Source of the DNA: Candidatus Nanopelagicales bacterium
Lineage (GTDB): Bacteria > Actinomycetota > Actinomycetes > S36-B12
Direction of reading: 5' to 3'
DNA length: 64,000 nt
NCBI GenBank assembly: GCA_044374195.1
Contig: JBILOY010000005.1
Coordinates: 4,052 to 68,051, forward strand
The notes beneath the pieces were generated by a model, which worked only from the letters and a program-made list of their open reading frames with translations, did no database searches and had not been told where the DNA came from. Both the position numbers and the translations under genes were made by a program. How positions within the stretch are numbered: the stretch's first letter is position 1; every line of letters starts with the position of its first letter. Positions 26,498-40,931 of the stretch are shown piece after piece.

Positions 26498-27682
26498 TCA
26501 GACTCGGACGGTTGCGCCGGCGGTGCGCGTGAATCCGTCGGGAATGATCACGTCGGCGGGTGAGAGATCGTGGATCGATGAATGGCCAAGTCCGTAGACC
26601 GCGGAGTCGATACCACCGCGCAGCACGTCAAGAACATTCTCGACACCGGCCTGCCCGTTCGCCGCGAGTCCCCACAGGTATGCCCGCCCGATCATGACCG
26701 CCCGTGCGCCAAGAGCCAGAGCCTTGACCACGTCACTTCCGCGACGGATGCCGCTGTCGAGAACGATCTCGACCTGATCACCGACCGCCTCACTCACTCC
26801 GGGAAGGAATCGGATAGGTGCCGGTGTCGAATCGAGATTGTTGCCGCCGTGGTTGGACACGGAGATAGCAGTGACTCCGGCATCGACCGCGCGCCTGGCA
26901 TCGTCGATGCGTGAGATTCCCTTGAGCATGAAGGGCCCGCCCCATTCACGTGCGAGCCAGGCGATGTCAGCCCAGGTAGCCGGCGGGGTCTGCATCCACT
27001 CGAAATAGGCACCGAAGAAAGTCGGTGCTACGCCGGCATCGTTCGCGAGATTGGGCGTCGTGAGATCCGGGAATCCGCCGCTGCGAGCGAAGTCGAGGAA
27101 CCAGCGCGGGTGAGTGAGCACCTCGGGTGCCATCCGGAGCCGCGTCTTCATGTTGACCGATTCCGGGATAACTGGGCTTCCCCAGTCGCGACCGTTGGAG
27201 AAGGACCAGTCCAGGGTGAGAATCAATCCCTTCGCACCAGCTGCGCGTGCTCGATCCAGTCGCTTGACCATCGTCTCGCGCGTACCCATCCAGTACACCT
27301 GCATGAAGACGCTCTGATTCACCGCGCATACGTCTTCTACCGATTTGCTCGCGAATGAGCTGAGCCCCATCACTGTTCCTCGTGCAGCGGCAGCGCGGGC
27401 TACGGCGACCTCGCCTTCGGGGTGAACGGCCTGCACTCCGGTTGGAGAGATGATCACGGGCAGCGAGATCTCTTGCCCCATTACGGAAGTTGTGAGATTT
27501 CGCTCCGCCGAAAGCTCGGCAACATGCGGGGCAAAGCCGAGTTGTCCGAAGGCATCCATGTTGTCTGCGTACGAGATGCCCTTCTCCGAGCCCGCGAGCA
27601 GTGCACTGTAAACCGAACCGGGCAGCCTCTTCTGCGCCCGACGCTGTGCCTCAGCGACACTCTCGAACCAGGAATTTCCCAC
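26498..27682 (-). CDS. mftD: pre-mycofactocin synthase (FMN-dependent alpha-hydroxy-acid oxidase fold)
   Basis: 394-aa ORF. SVSNHGGNNLD, GIRRGSDVVKALALGA. Position between mftC and mftE. Confidence 0.9.
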   Translation of the reverse strand: MGNSWFESVAEAQRRAQKRLPGSVYSALLAGSEKGISYADNMDAFGQLGFAPHVAELSAERNLTTSVMGQEISLPVIISPTGVQAVHPEGEVAVARAAAARGTVMGLSSFASKSVEDVCAVNQSVFMQVYWMGTRETMVKRLDRARAAGAKGLILTLDWSFSNGRDWGSPVIPESVNMKTRLRMAPEVLTHPRWFLDFARSGGFPDLTTPNLANDAGVAPTFFGAYFEWMQTPPATWADIAWLAREWGGPFMLKGISRIDDARRAVDAGVTAISVSNHGGNNLDSTPAPIRFLPGVSEAVGDQVEIVLDSGIRRGSDVVKALALGARAVMIGRAYLWGLAANGQAGVENVLDVLRGGIDSAVYGLGHSSIHDLSPADVIIPDGFTRTAGATVRV

Positions 27683-27699
27683 GAGATGAACCTCTCGAA

Positions 27700-28902
27700 T
27701 CAGACGTGTGACGAATGGGACGTTGGTCGGCCAATGCTGAGCACCGGGCTCTCATTGCAGGAACGAGATGGCATGCGCTCCGGAGTTACGCGGCTGTGAT
27801 CTTGGCTCGGCGCAGGAATGGTGCGACCGATTTGGATAAGCGCCTTCTCGCTGTGTCCTTGGACGCACTCGGGATCGGGACCATCAAGCGGAAGACCGGT
27901 GAAGAACTTCGCCGCCATGCAACCGCCACGACAGGCATCGAAGAAGTTACAACTGGCGCATGCTCCCGCGCTTTGTGGTGAGCGCAATTCGGTGAAAAGC
28001 TCACTCGACTTCCACACTTTGTCGAACCCGCCCGGTGCCAGCACGTTGCCCGCGAGGAAGGTGTCATGAATTGCGAAAGGGCAGGCATAGACATCACCGA
28101 TGGGATCGATGAGGCACACAACGCGGCCTGCACCGCAAAGGTTCAGACCGGGGAGGCTCTCGCCGAACGCAGCTAGGTGAAAGAACGAGTCACCCGTGAG
28201 GACGTTCTCGCCCTCCCTGACGAGCCAGTCGTAGAGCACTCGCTGCTGATCCGCAGTGGGGTGAAGGTCGTCCCACACATCCGCGCCGCGGCCGGAAGGA
28301 CGAAGTCTGGTGAGTCGAAGCGTGGCGCCGTGCTCATCGGCAAGGGCCTTGAACTCATCGAGCTGGGTCACGTTCTCTCGCGTGATGACGACCGAGATCT
28401 TCGCATTGGAGAACCCCTCGGCAGACAGATTCCTCAGCGCCGCGATGGCCATATCGAATGAGCCCTCGCCACGAATTCTGTCATTTACCTCTGCGGTCGC
28501 GCCATCGAGGGAGATCTGGATGTCGACGTAGTCATTGGCGGCAAGCTGTTTTGCGCGCTCGCGATTAATGCGCACGCCATTGGTCGAGAACTTCACCCCA
28601 ACCTGATGTGCGACGGCGTAATCGAGCAGGTGCCAGAAATCCGGACGTACCGTCGGCTCACCTCCACCGATGTTGACGTAGAACACCTGCATGCGCTGAA
28701 GCTCATCGATGATTGCCTCGCATTGCTCCGTCGTGAGCTCACGCGGATCGCGGCGGCCGGAGGAGGACAGGCAGTGCACGCAGGAGAGATTGCATGCATA
28801 GGTGAGTTCCCAGGTCAGACAGATCGGAGCGTCGAGTCCGAGCTCAAACTGCTGGATGAGCGAGCCACCCTGGGGTCGAGGCGCAGCGGTGACGTCAGGC
28901 AT
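27700..28902 (-). CDS. mftC: mycofactocin radical SAM maturase
   Basis: Start trimmed to ATG 28902. CNLSCVHC radical-SAM cluster motif. C-terminal SPASM Cys clusters (CPFAIHD, CASCNFFDACRGGC). Overlaps the mftB stop by 8 nt. Confidence 0.9.
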   Translation of the reverse strand: MPDVTAAPRPQGGSLIQQFELGLDAPICLTWELTYACNLSCVHCLSSSGRRDPRELTTEQCEAIIDELQRMQVFYVNIGGGEPTVRPDFWHLLDYAVAHQVGVKFSTNGVRINRERAKQLAANDYVDIQISLDGATAEVNDRIRGEGSFDMAIAALRNLSAEGFSNAKISVVITRENVTQLDEFKALADEHGATLRLTRLRPSGRGADVWDDLHPTADQQRVLYDWLVREGENVLTGDSFFHLAAFGESLPGLNLCGAGRVVCLIDPIGDVYACPFAIHDTFLAGNVLAPGGFDKVWKSSELFTELRSPQSAGACASCNFFDACRGGCMAAKFFTGLPLDGPDPECVQGHSEKALIQIGRTIPAPSQDHSRVTPERMPSRSCNESPVLSIGRPTSHSSHV

Positions 28903-29170
28903 GTGCGGGCTCCCGTGTTCTCGTGATGAGTTCAGCAGAGGCAAGTGCCTCAAGTGCCTGGACGTAGACCGGCCACTGGGTTGCGGGAATTCCCTGATCG
29001 GCGAGAGCTTCTCGCACCGTGGGGCTGGTGGATAGTGCTTGTACGACCGCTACTAGCTCCGGGCGTTTGAGGAAGGTGAGGCGCCGATTATCGAAGTTGT
29101 ACGCCAGGGCACCGAAGGGCTCCGGCCGAATCGCAACTGCGGGGGCAAGTTCCCAGGATTCGTCGAGCAT
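28895..29170 (-). CDS. mftB: mycofactocin biosynthesis chaperone (RRE/PqqD-like)
   Basis: Start trimmed to ATG 29170. MLDESWELAPAVAIRPEPFGALAYNFDNRRLTFLK matches the MftB N-terminus as I recall it (M. tuberculosis ...VAVRPEPFGALLYHFGTRKLSFLK). Confidence 0.85.
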   Translation of the reverse strand: MLDESWELAPAVAIRPEPFGALAYNFDNRRLTFLKRPELVAVVQALSTSPTVREALADQGIPATQWPVYVQALEALASAELITRTREPAHA

Positions 29171-29172
29171 GT

Positions 29173-29259
29173 TTAGTAGACGCCGCACATGCCGTCGATG
29201 GAGACGTCCTCGATAAGGGTCTCGACGGTGATCTCTTGCTCGGATGCGTTCGGATCCAT
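29173..29259 (-). CDS. mftA: mycofactocin precursor peptide
   Basis: Not in the ORF track (28 codons). Hand translation of the minus strand gives MDPNASEQEITVETLIEDVSIDGMCGVY*, ending in the canonical IDGMCGVY. GGAGGAAACC lies upstream of the ATG. The stop is 2 nt before the mftB ATG. Confidence 0.9.
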   Translation of the reverse strand: MDPNASEQEITVETLIEDVSIDGMCGVY

Positions 29260-29311
29260 GGTTTCCTCCATAAGACTCAACGAAACGGTGGGTTATGCGT
29301 ACTGTGGACAA

Positions 29312-29332
29312 TAATGGCACCGAGAGCCATAA
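29312..29332. promoter_or_regulatory. candidate MftR operator (imperfect palindrome TAATGGC-N7-GCCATAA)
   Basis: 6/7 complementary arms in the 103-nt AT-richer mftA/mftR divergent intergenic region. Confidence 0.25.
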
Positions 29333-29362
29333 AACAAGGGTTTCAAGAGATTCGTTGATGAG

Positions 29363-29986
29363 GTGGTCATAGTGCAGGTCACGGCGGTCACGCGCGGTCG
29401 CCCCCTCACGACTACGCATGCCGACATCGAGGCCGCGGCATTCAGTTTGTTTGCTCGACACGGATTTGATGCCACCACTGTCGACGAGATCGCACAGGCG
29501 GTGGGGATCGGCCGCAGAACCCTCTTCCGGTACTTCCCGTCAAAGAACGACATCCCCTGGGGAAGATTCGATGCGAGTCTCGAAGACTTTGCCGCCAAGC
29601 TTGACGCTTCTGATCCACAATTGCCACTGTCGACAGCCGTGAGCAATGCCATCATCGCCTTCAACGACGTACCTCCGGAAGCAATCAGCCAGCATCGACA
29701 GCGGATGTCCCTGATCTTGCACACGGAAACGCTGCAAGCACATTCCGCTCTGCGATACCGACAGTGGCGTCACGTGGTGGCGGAGTACGTTGCGAAACGT
29801 CTTGGCGAGAAAACAACTGATCTTGTTCCGCGCACTATCGGTCACATCGCGCTCGCGGTCGCCGTGTCTGCCTATGAACAATGGCTGGTGGACCCAGATC
29901 AGCCGTTGGAATCGCTGCTCAGGGAGGCGATGAACTCACTGAATCTCTTCCTTGCCCAATCAGAAAGTGCCGGGCATCGCGTGTGA
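29363..29986 (+). CDS. mftR: mycofactocin system TetR-family transcriptional regulator
   Basis: 207-aa ORF. TetR HTH (FDATTVDEIAQAVGIGRRTLFRYFPSKNDIPWG). Divergent from mftA. The exact start (GTG 29363 or downstream) is uncertain. Confidence 0.8.
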   Translation: MVIVQVTAVTRGRPLTTTHADIEAAAFSLFARHGFDATTVDEIAQAVGIGRRTLFRYFPSKNDIPWGRFDASLEDFAAKLDASDPQLPLSTAVSNAIIAFNDVPPEAISQHRQRMSLILHTETLQAHSALRYRQWRHVVAEYVAKRLGEKTTDLVPRTIGHIALAVAVSAYEQWLVDPDQPLESLLREAMNSLNLFLAQSESAGHRV

Positions 29987-31425
29987 TTCCTCTGTACGAA
30001 GTCTCCGTGAAGTCACGTCCCCCGGAAGCCATCAGAATTCATCCGCGGACAACAGTGCTCTCGCAAGGAGAGATTGTGCTCGGAGGCTCGCCATGGCGAA
30101 TAAGTCGCATTCCCGACGGGTTCCGAATGGTGTTACGAAGGCTGGCTGCCGGCGAGGCCGTACCCGTCGATGAACTAAATGCAAAGATCGCCCTCGAATT
30201 GATTGACCGGGGACTCGCGCTACCGAGATACGCGGAGGAGTCCGCACGTGAGTGCACGATTATCATCCCCGTTTTCGAGAACCCCACTCAATTAGATAAA
30301 TGCCTGAAGGCCTTGGGGAAACGACACATTGTCATCGTGGTCGACGACGCATCGGTGAACGCACAATCGATCCGCGAGGTCTGCGACAGGCATGGGGCTC
30401 AGCTACTGGTGAACACGATCAATGTAGGCCCGGCCGGTGCTCGAAATCGTGGGCTCGCGGAAGTGACCACCGAGTTCGTGGCTTTCATCGACTCAGATTG
30501 CATCGCTGAGGCGTCCGCGATTGACACTTTGCTTGAATCAATGAACGAGCAGCGACTCGCGATCGTTGCACCCCGGGTAATGCCTGAGCGTGCTGCGACG
30601 ATCATCGACAGGTTCGAGAGAACTGATTCCGCTCTCGACATGGGAGCGACTCCAGAGCTCGTCAGGCCAGGTGCGCATCTTGGTTACGTGCCGTCGGCAG
30701 CAATGGTGGCGCGACGTGCCACTCTCGGCGATCAACCATTTGATCCGAATCTCCGCACGGGCGAAGATGTTGATGCAGTGTGGCGGATCACCGAAGCGGG
30801 ATGGCTGGTGCGCTTCGAGCCCTCGGTGAGAGTCCATCACGCAAGTAGGCACAGTCTGCGCGAACTTCTCGGTCGACGAGTGGAATACGGTCTCTCGTCC
30901 AGGGAGTTGAGTAGGCGGTACCCCGCGAATCTCGTGCCCGCTCGGGTGGCTCCCTCCTCACTACTCATCGGAACTGCAATCGCGGTCAGGAAACCTACGT
31001 TGGCTGTTCTCGCAGCTGTCGTGACTGCTGCAGTCGTGGCACGGAAAGTCAGACAACTTCCCGAACCCTCTTCGCTGACGGCGCGACTGACGGCACTGTC
31101 GTTGAACTCCGACACGCGTGCAGCGGGATCCCTCCTTCGGCGTGAGTGGTGGCCCGTCGGGGCGGCCTGTCTGGCATTCGCGCCGAAGAGTCAGGTCGCC
31201 CGTGTCGGCTTCGTGCTGATGCTCGCCCCGATTCTGGCCGACTGGAGATCGCGACGATCAACGCTGGACCCACTGACCTATTCGGCCCTGCGATTACTGG
31301 CCGACGCGGCCTACGGAACCGGGGTCATCGCGGGTGCTGTCTCGTCGCGTAACTCCGACGCCCTGCGTCCCAGATTACGGATAACGAGACGACATACACG
31401 CTGGTCAAACCGCAAAAACCGGTGA
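29983..31425 (+). CDS. mftF: mycofactocin biosynthesis glycosyltransferase (GT2)
   Basis: Start placed at GTG 29983 (GTGTGA overlap with the mftR stop); GTG 30007 is also possible. N-terminal LGGSPWRISRIP region, GT2 core (IIIPVFEN, VVVDDAS, FIDSDC), C-terminal TM helices. Confidence 0.8.
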   Translation: MIPLYEVSVKSRPPEAIRIHPRTTVLSQGEIVLGGSPWRISRIPDGFRMVLRRLAAGEAVPVDELNAKIALELIDRGLALPRYAEESARECTIIIPVFENPTQLDKCLKALGKRHIVIVVDDASVNAQSIREVCDRHGAQLLVNTINVGPAGARNRGLAEVTTEFVAFIDSDCIAEASAIDTLLESMNEQRLAIVAPRVMPERAATIIDRFERTDSALDMGATPELVRPGAHLGYVPSAAMVARRATLGDQPFDPNLRTGEDVDAVWRITEAGWLVRFEPSVRVHHASRHSLRELLGRRVEYGLSSRELSRRYPANLVPARVAPSSLLIGTAIAVRKPTLAVLAAVVTAAVVARKVRQLPEPSSLTARLTALSLNSDTRAAGSLLRREWWPVGAACLAFAPKSQVARVGFVLMLAPILADWRSRRSTLDPLTYSALRLLADAAYGTGVIAGAVSSRNSDALRPRLRITRRHTRWSNRKNR

Positions 31426-31466
31426 CAGCGGGGCAATTTCCTCGAAGAAGGAGGATCCCGACACGA

Positions 31467-31501
31467 GAGAAGCCGCCGACCTAGGCAGGTGGCGGCTTCT
31501 C
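31467..31501. terminator. bidirectional hairpin terminator between mftF and the Fe-S protein gene
   Basis: GAGAAGCCGCC-13 nt-GGCGGCTTCTC, a perfect 11-bp stem between convergent genes. No clear T-tract. Confidence 0.6.
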
Positions 31502-31516
31502 TACGGAAAGCGGGAC

Positions 31517-33715
<2,199 letters not shown>

Positions 33716-33858
33716 GAGGCGACCCTACTGCCGTCGTGGGGCCAGCAATAGGTGAGCAGACACCAGATCCCCCCATATAAGCGTGAGTCTGACCACATGC
33801 CGGGCGAACCGACCGGGCTGAAGGGGTGGGCCGCAAGGACAAGATTCCCGAAGATTTC

Positions 33859-33886
33859 TTGAAATTTCGGCCGGAAAGCGGAATAT
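33859..33886 (+). promoter_or_regulatory. candidate dnaK promoter (TTGAAA-16 nt-GAATAT)
   Basis: -35-like TTGAAA at 33859-33864 and -10-like GAATAT at 33881-33886, just upstream of the HAIR sites. By-eye match only. Confidence 0.3.
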
Positions 33887-33913
33887 CCAAGGCAATGCCC
33901 TGGTTGGAATTGA

Positions 33914-36420
<2,507 letters not shown>

Positions 36421-36435
<15 letters not shown>

Positions 36436-36528
36436 CTCGGTTCCGAAAAGTGCATCGCAGGAACCGACTTGTTCGGTTCCGAAGTAAGAAGCGCAGGCAC
36501 TGACTAGGTGTCGGCACGCAGTAAAGAG
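36421..36528 (+). repeat. three tandem 36-nt repeats; units 1 and 2 each form an 8-bp hairpin
   Basis: Units start at 36421, 36457 and 36493 with GCAGGAACCGAC (unit 3: GCAGGCACTGAC). Units 1 and 2 contain GGAACCGA-5 nt-TCGGTTCC. Unit 1 overlaps the last 15 nt of grpE. Confidence 0.8.
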
Positions 36529-36545
36529 AGCATGAAGGAAGAGAC

Positions 36546-37709
36546 GTGAACAAGGATTGGCTTGAGAAGGACTTCTACGCTCTTCTCGGTGTGTCCAAGG
36601 ACGCCACTGGCGATGAGATCAAGAAGAAGTACCGCAAGCTCGCGCGCGAATTGCACCCTGACAAGAACCCGGGTGACAAGGCTGCCGAGGAGAAGTTCAA
36701 GTCCGTATCCGAGGCCTACGACGTTCTCTCCGATGATGCCAAGCGCAAGGAGTACGACGAAGCACGCACGCTGTTCGCCTCCGGTGGCTATAGCCCCGGA
36801 GGGTTCGGCGGCGGTCAGGGATTCGGTGGTGGGCGCGGCGGCAGTTACAACGTCAACATGGAAGACCTCTTCGGAGGCGACGGCTACGGCGACTTCCTCG
36901 GCGGCATCTTCAACTCCCGTGCACGCGGCGGGCGAGCCCAGCAGCCGCGTCGCGGCGGTGACATCGAGAGTGAGCTGACGCTCTCCTTCGATGACGCTCT
37001 CGATGGCGCGACCATTCCGTTATCGCTGCGCACTGATGGCACGTGCGGCAGTTGCCGTGGCAGCGGTGCGCAGGCAGGCAGTGCAACCTCGACCTGCCCC
37101 ACCTGTGGTGGTCAAGGTCAGGTGGCGCGCAATGCCGGTGGCTTCGCCATTCCCGAGCCCTGCCCGTCGTGCAAGGGTCGCGGTGTTCTCATCGAGAACC
37201 CGTGCTCGAGCTGCCGTGGCTCCGGCCATGGTGTGAGCACTCGCACTGTCCAGGCCCGCATCCCCGCTGGTGTCAAAGACGGCGCGAAGATCAAGCTCAA
37301 GGGCAAGGGAACTCCCGGCACCTCGGGTGGCCCCGCTGGTGACCTGTACATCAACGTGCATGTCACCTCAGACCCCGTGTTCGGTCGTAAGGGCGACAGC
37401 ATCACTATCGAGGTACCGATCACGTTCACCGAGGCAGCCCTCGGTGGCGAGATCACCGTGCCAACCCCGCGTGGTGGCACGGTCACTCTCAAGGTGCCAG
37501 CCGGCACGACCAATGGCCGGACCTTCCGCGTTCGTGAGAAGGGGTTGGCGAAGAAAGACGGCACCTATGGCGATCTGCATGTCACTGTCGAGGTCGCGGT
37601 TCCGCAGAACCTGAGCAGCGAGGCAAAGGCGGCGCTCGAGGAGTATGCGAAGCAGACCCTCGACCATGATCCCCGCAGCGACCTGCTGAAGATGGCCGGG
37701 AGCAACTAA
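36546..37709 (+). CDS. dnaJ: molecular chaperone DnaJ
   Basis: 387-aa ORF with GTG start. J domain (HPDKNPGD), G/F region, four CxxCxGxG zinc motifs. Confidence 0.97.
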   Translation: MNKDWLEKDFYALLGVSKDATGDEIKKKYRKLARELHPDKNPGDKAAEEKFKSVSEAYDVLSDDAKRKEYDEARTLFASGGYSPGGFGGGQGFGGGRGGSYNVNMEDLFGGDGYGDFLGGIFNSRARGGRAQQPRRGGDIESELTLSFDDALDGATIPLSLRTDGTCGSCRGSGAQAGSATSTCPTCGGQGQVARNAGGFAIPEPCPSCKGRGVLIENPCSSCRGSGHGVSTRTVQARIPAGVKDGAKIKLKGKGTPGTSGGPAGDLYINVHVTSDPVFGRKGDSITIEVPITFTEAALGGEITVPTPRGGTVTLKVPAGTTNGRTFRVREKGLAKKDGTYGDLHVTVEVAVPQNLSSEAKAALEEYAKQTLDHDPRSDLLKMAGSN

Positions 37710-38074
37710 TGAGCGCGAATCGGGTTCCGTTCCGCGTACCCGACGACACACCGGTCTACGCGATCAGCGTGGCCGCATCACTTGCTGGGCTGCATCCGCA
37801 GACCCTGCGTCAGTACGACCGCCTGGGCCTGGTGTCGCCCACGCGGGTGGCCGGCCGCAATCGGCTCTATTCCGCGCAGGACATCGCGCGCCTGCGCGAG
37901 ATCGCAGAGCTGTCCTCCGAGGGCCTAAGTCTCGAAGGCATCAAGCGCGTGCTGGTGTTGCAGGAGGAAGTTCTTCACCTGCGCGGCCGGCTCGCGGAAT
38001 TCCACCGCGAGAAATCATCAACCTCACTGGTGGTCTGGCGACCTGAGCGCCGAGCACCGAGATCGAATTCTTAG
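37709..38074 (+). CDS. hspR: heat-shock repressor HspR (MerR family)
   Basis: 121-aa ORF. TAATG overlap with dnaJ. MerR HTH (YAISVAASLAGLHPQTLRQYDRLGLVSP). Confidence 0.9.
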   Translation: MSANRVPFRVPDDTPVYAISVAASLAGLHPQTLRQYDRLGLVSPTRVAGRNRLYSAQDIARLREIAELSSEGLSLEGIKRVLVLQEEVLHLRGRLAEFHREKSSTSLVVWRPERRAPRSNS

Positions 38075-38091
38075 AACGAAGGCAGGACAAC

Positions 38092-40665
38092 ATGGATATT
38101 CAGCTAACAACCAAGAGCCAGGAGGCCCTGGGCGCAGCGGTACGCATGGCTGCATCGAAGGGCAACGCACAGGTCGATCCCGTGCATCTTCTCGACTCTT
38201 TGCTCCAACAGGGCGAGGGCATTGCCACCGCGCTGCTCGATGCCGTCGGAGCGAACGTCCAGGTGCTCACCCGAGAGGTGCGCGCTGAGGTCGATGCACT
38301 CCCGGCTGCGACCGGTAGCTCTGTTGTCGAGCCACGCCTCTCGCAGGCCATGCACAAGGTGCTCACCGCGGCTAAGGATCTTGCCAAGGAGCGCGGCGAT
38401 GATTACGTCAGCACTGAGCACCTCCTCATCGGCCTGTCGAAGACCGGTGGCGTCGGTGTCACCGATCGTCTCGTCGACCAGGGCGCTACCCCGGTCGCTC
38501 TCATGGACGCACTCGCGAAAGTGCGCGGCAGTGCGCGCGTGACGACTGCTGATCCGGAGCAGACCTTCCAGGCACTCGAGAAGTACGGCATCGATCTCAC
38601 CGCGCGTGCACGTGAGGGCAAGATCGATCCGGTCATCGGTCGTGACGAGGAAGTTCGTCGCACCATCCAGGTGCTCTCGCGCCGCACCAAGAACAACCCC
38701 GTTCTCATTGGTGAGCCCGGTGTTGGCAAGACCGCTGTCGTCGAAGGCCTGGCTCGACGCATTGTCGAGGGTGATGTGCCCACGTCACTGCAGGGCAAGA
38801 CTCTCTACTCCCTCGATCTCGGTGCAATGGTCGCCGGTGCGAAGTACCGCGGCGAGTTCGAGGAGCGCCTGAAGGCGGTTCTCGACGAGATCAAGGGCTC
38901 TGACGGCCAGATCATCACCTTCATCGATGAGCTGCACACCGTTGTCGGCGCGGGCGCCGGCGGCGAAGGTGCGATGGATGCCGGCAACATGCTCAAGCCG
39001 ATGCTCGCCCGCGGCGAACTGCGCATGATCGGTGCGACCACCCTCGACGAGTACCGCGAGTACGTCGAGAAAGATGCAGCGCTCGAGCGCCGATTCCAGC
39101 AGGTGCTGGTCAACCAGCCGTCGGTGGAAGACACGATCTCGATCCTGCGCGGTATCAAGGAGAAGTACGAGGCCCATCACAAGGTCGTGATCTCCGATGG
39201 CGCACTCGTGGCGGCGGCGACCCTCTCGGATCGCTACATCACCTCGCGCTTCCTGCCCGATAAAGCCATCGACCTGATGGATGAGTCGGCATCGCGCCTG
39301 CGCATGGAGATCGACTCCTCGCCCGTCGAGATCGATGTGCTCCAGCGTCAGGTTGACCGCCTGCGCATGGAGGAGATGGCGGTTGCCAAGGAGACCGACG
39401 ATGCGTCGAAGGCACGTCTCGAGGCAATTCGCGTCGAGATCGCCGACAAGGACGAAGAGCTTCGCGGCCTTCGTGCTCGTTGGGATGCCGAGAAGTCTGG
39501 TCTTGATCGCATTGGTGAACTCAAGGTGGCCATCGACGAACTCCGCGCTACCGCAGATCGTGCGCAGCGCGCGGGTGATTTCGAGCAGGCCTCGCGCATC
39601 ATCTACGCAGACCTGCCCGCTCTCGAGGCTGATCTCGAGAAGGTGACCGCCGAGACCAATAACCGCGCAGCCATGGTGAAGGAAGAAGTCACCGCCGATG
39701 ACATCGCTGAGGTTGTCGCAGCCTGGACTGGCATTCCTGCCGGCCGTCTGCTCGAAGGCGAAAGCCAGAAGCTGCTGCGCATGGAAGACGAACTCGGCAA
39801 GCGTGTCGTCGGTCAGCATGAGGCAGTTCGTGAGGTTAGCGATGCCGTGCGTCGTGCACGTGCCGGCATTTCCGATCCGAATCGTCCGACAGGCTCCTTC
39901 TTGTTCCTCGGCCCGACCGGTGTAGGCAAGACCGAGCTCGCCAAGGCACTCGCAGAGTTCTTGTTCGATGACGAGCGGGCAATGATCCGTATCGACATGA
40001 GCGAGTACTCCGAGAAGCACTCGGTCTCACGCCTTGTCGGTGCTCCTCCCGGATACGTCGGTTACGAAGAGGGCGGTCAGCTCACTGAGGCTGTCCGTCG
40101 TCGTCCGTACTCGGTTGTTCTTCTCGACGAGGTCGAGAAGGCGCACCCCGAGGTCTTCGACATCTTGCTGCAGGTTCTCGACGATGGTCGCCTGACTGAT
40201 GGCCAGGGTCGCACGGTCGACTTCCGCAATGTCATCTTGATCTTGACCTCGAACACCGGTTCGCAGTACCTGATCGACATGACAATCCCGTTCGAGGAGC
40301 GAAAGGAACAGGCACTGGCGCTGGTACGCCAGCAGTTCAGGCCCGAATTCCTGAACCGACTCGATGGCATGGTGACCTTCGAGCCCCTCGATCATGCGGT
40401 GCTCACGCGGGTTGCTGATATCCAGATCGATCAGCTGCAGTCACGTCTTGACGATCGCCGCATCACCCTTGATGTCAGCGATGCGGCAAAGCGCTGGCTT
40501 GTTGATCGCGGTTTCGACCCGATCTACGGCGCGCGCCCGTTGCGCCGACTCGTGCAGACCGCCATTGGCGATCAGCTCGCGAAGGCAATTCTCAGCGGCG
40601 AGGTTCCCGATGGCAGCACGGTTCATGTGGATGCTGACGGAGAGCACCTGTCGTTGAAGAGCTAG
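38092..40665 (+). CDS. clpB: ATP-dependent chaperone ClpB
   Basis: 857-aa ORF. Two AAA+ modules ([16 protein letters not shown]), coiled-coil middle domain. Confidence 0.98.
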   Translation: MDIQLTTKSQEALGAAVRMAASKGNAQVDPVHLLDSLLQQGEGIATALLDAVGANVQVLTREVRAEVDALPAATGSSVVEPRLSQAMHKVLTAAKDLAKERGDDYVSTEHLLIGLSKTGGVGVTDRLVDQGATPVALMDALAKVRGSARVTTADPEQTFQALEKYGIDLTARAREGKIDPVIGRDEEVRRTIQVLSRRTKNNPVLIGEPGVGKTAVVEGLARRIVEGDVPTSLQGKTLYSLDLGAMVAGAKYRGEFEERLKAVLDEIKGSDGQIITFIDELHTVVGAGAGGEGAMDAGNMLKPMLARGELRMIGATTLDEYREYVEKDAALERRFQQVLVNQPSVEDTISILRGIKEKYEAHHKVVISDGALVAAATLSDRYITSRFLPDKAIDLMDESASRLRMEIDSSPVEIDVLQRQVDRLRMEEMAVAKETDDASKARLEAIRVEIADKDEELRGLRARWDAEKSGLDRIGELKVAIDELRATADRAQRAGDFEQASRIIYADLPALEADLEKVTAETNNRAAMVKEEVTADDIAEVVAAWTGIPAGRLLEGESQKLLRMEDELGKRVVGQHEAVREVSDAVRRARAGISDPNRPTGSFLFLGPTGVGKTELAKALAEFLFDDERAMIRIDMSEYSEKHSVSRLVGAPPGYVGYEEGGQLTEAVRRRPYSVVLLDEVEKAHPEVFDILLQVLDDGRLTDGQGRTVDFRNVILILTSNTGSQYLIDMTIPFEERKEQALALVRQQFRPEFLNRLDGMVTFEPLDHAVLTRVADIQIDQLQSRLDDRRITLDVSDAAKRWLVDRGFDPIYGARPLRRLVQTAIGDQLAKAILSGEVPDGSTVHVDADGEHLSLKS

Positions 40666-40931
40666 GCATTGCGAAGCGAGGGGCGCTGTCGTTGTCCTGA
40701 TGCGTAGAGAGCGGTCACGATCTCACGCGCGGTGACAGGGATAGCGCCCTTTGCTATTGCCTGATCCCGATACTCATCGGGGATGTCGTAGTGATCGCCC
40801 TCGAAGCCGCGTTCTGGAATCCCGAGCTCGCGTGCGAAATCATGCAGTTCGTCTACTGATGTGTCACTGATTAGATGGCACCAGAATCGATCGTGCGCTG
40901 GCCAGATAGCAGTGTCGACCAAAATGGCCAT
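40662..40931 (-). CDS. DUF4031 domain-containing protein
   Basis: 89-aa ORF. WPAHDRFWCHLISDTSVDELHDFARELGIP...GDHYDIP matches my recollection of DUF4031. Its 3' end overlaps the clpB stop by 4 nt. Confidence 0.65.
   Translation of the reverse strand: MAILVDTAIWPAHDRFWCHLISDTSVDELHDFARELGIPERGFEGDHYDIPDEYRDQAIAKGAIPVTAREIVTALYASGQRQRPSLRNA

Noticed and set aside
38785-40020. 411-aa antisense ORF inside clpB.
   Set aside because: It has the same codon-complement register as clpB (start 38092). It has no RBS or independent conservation signal, and its composition is typical of shadow ORFs.
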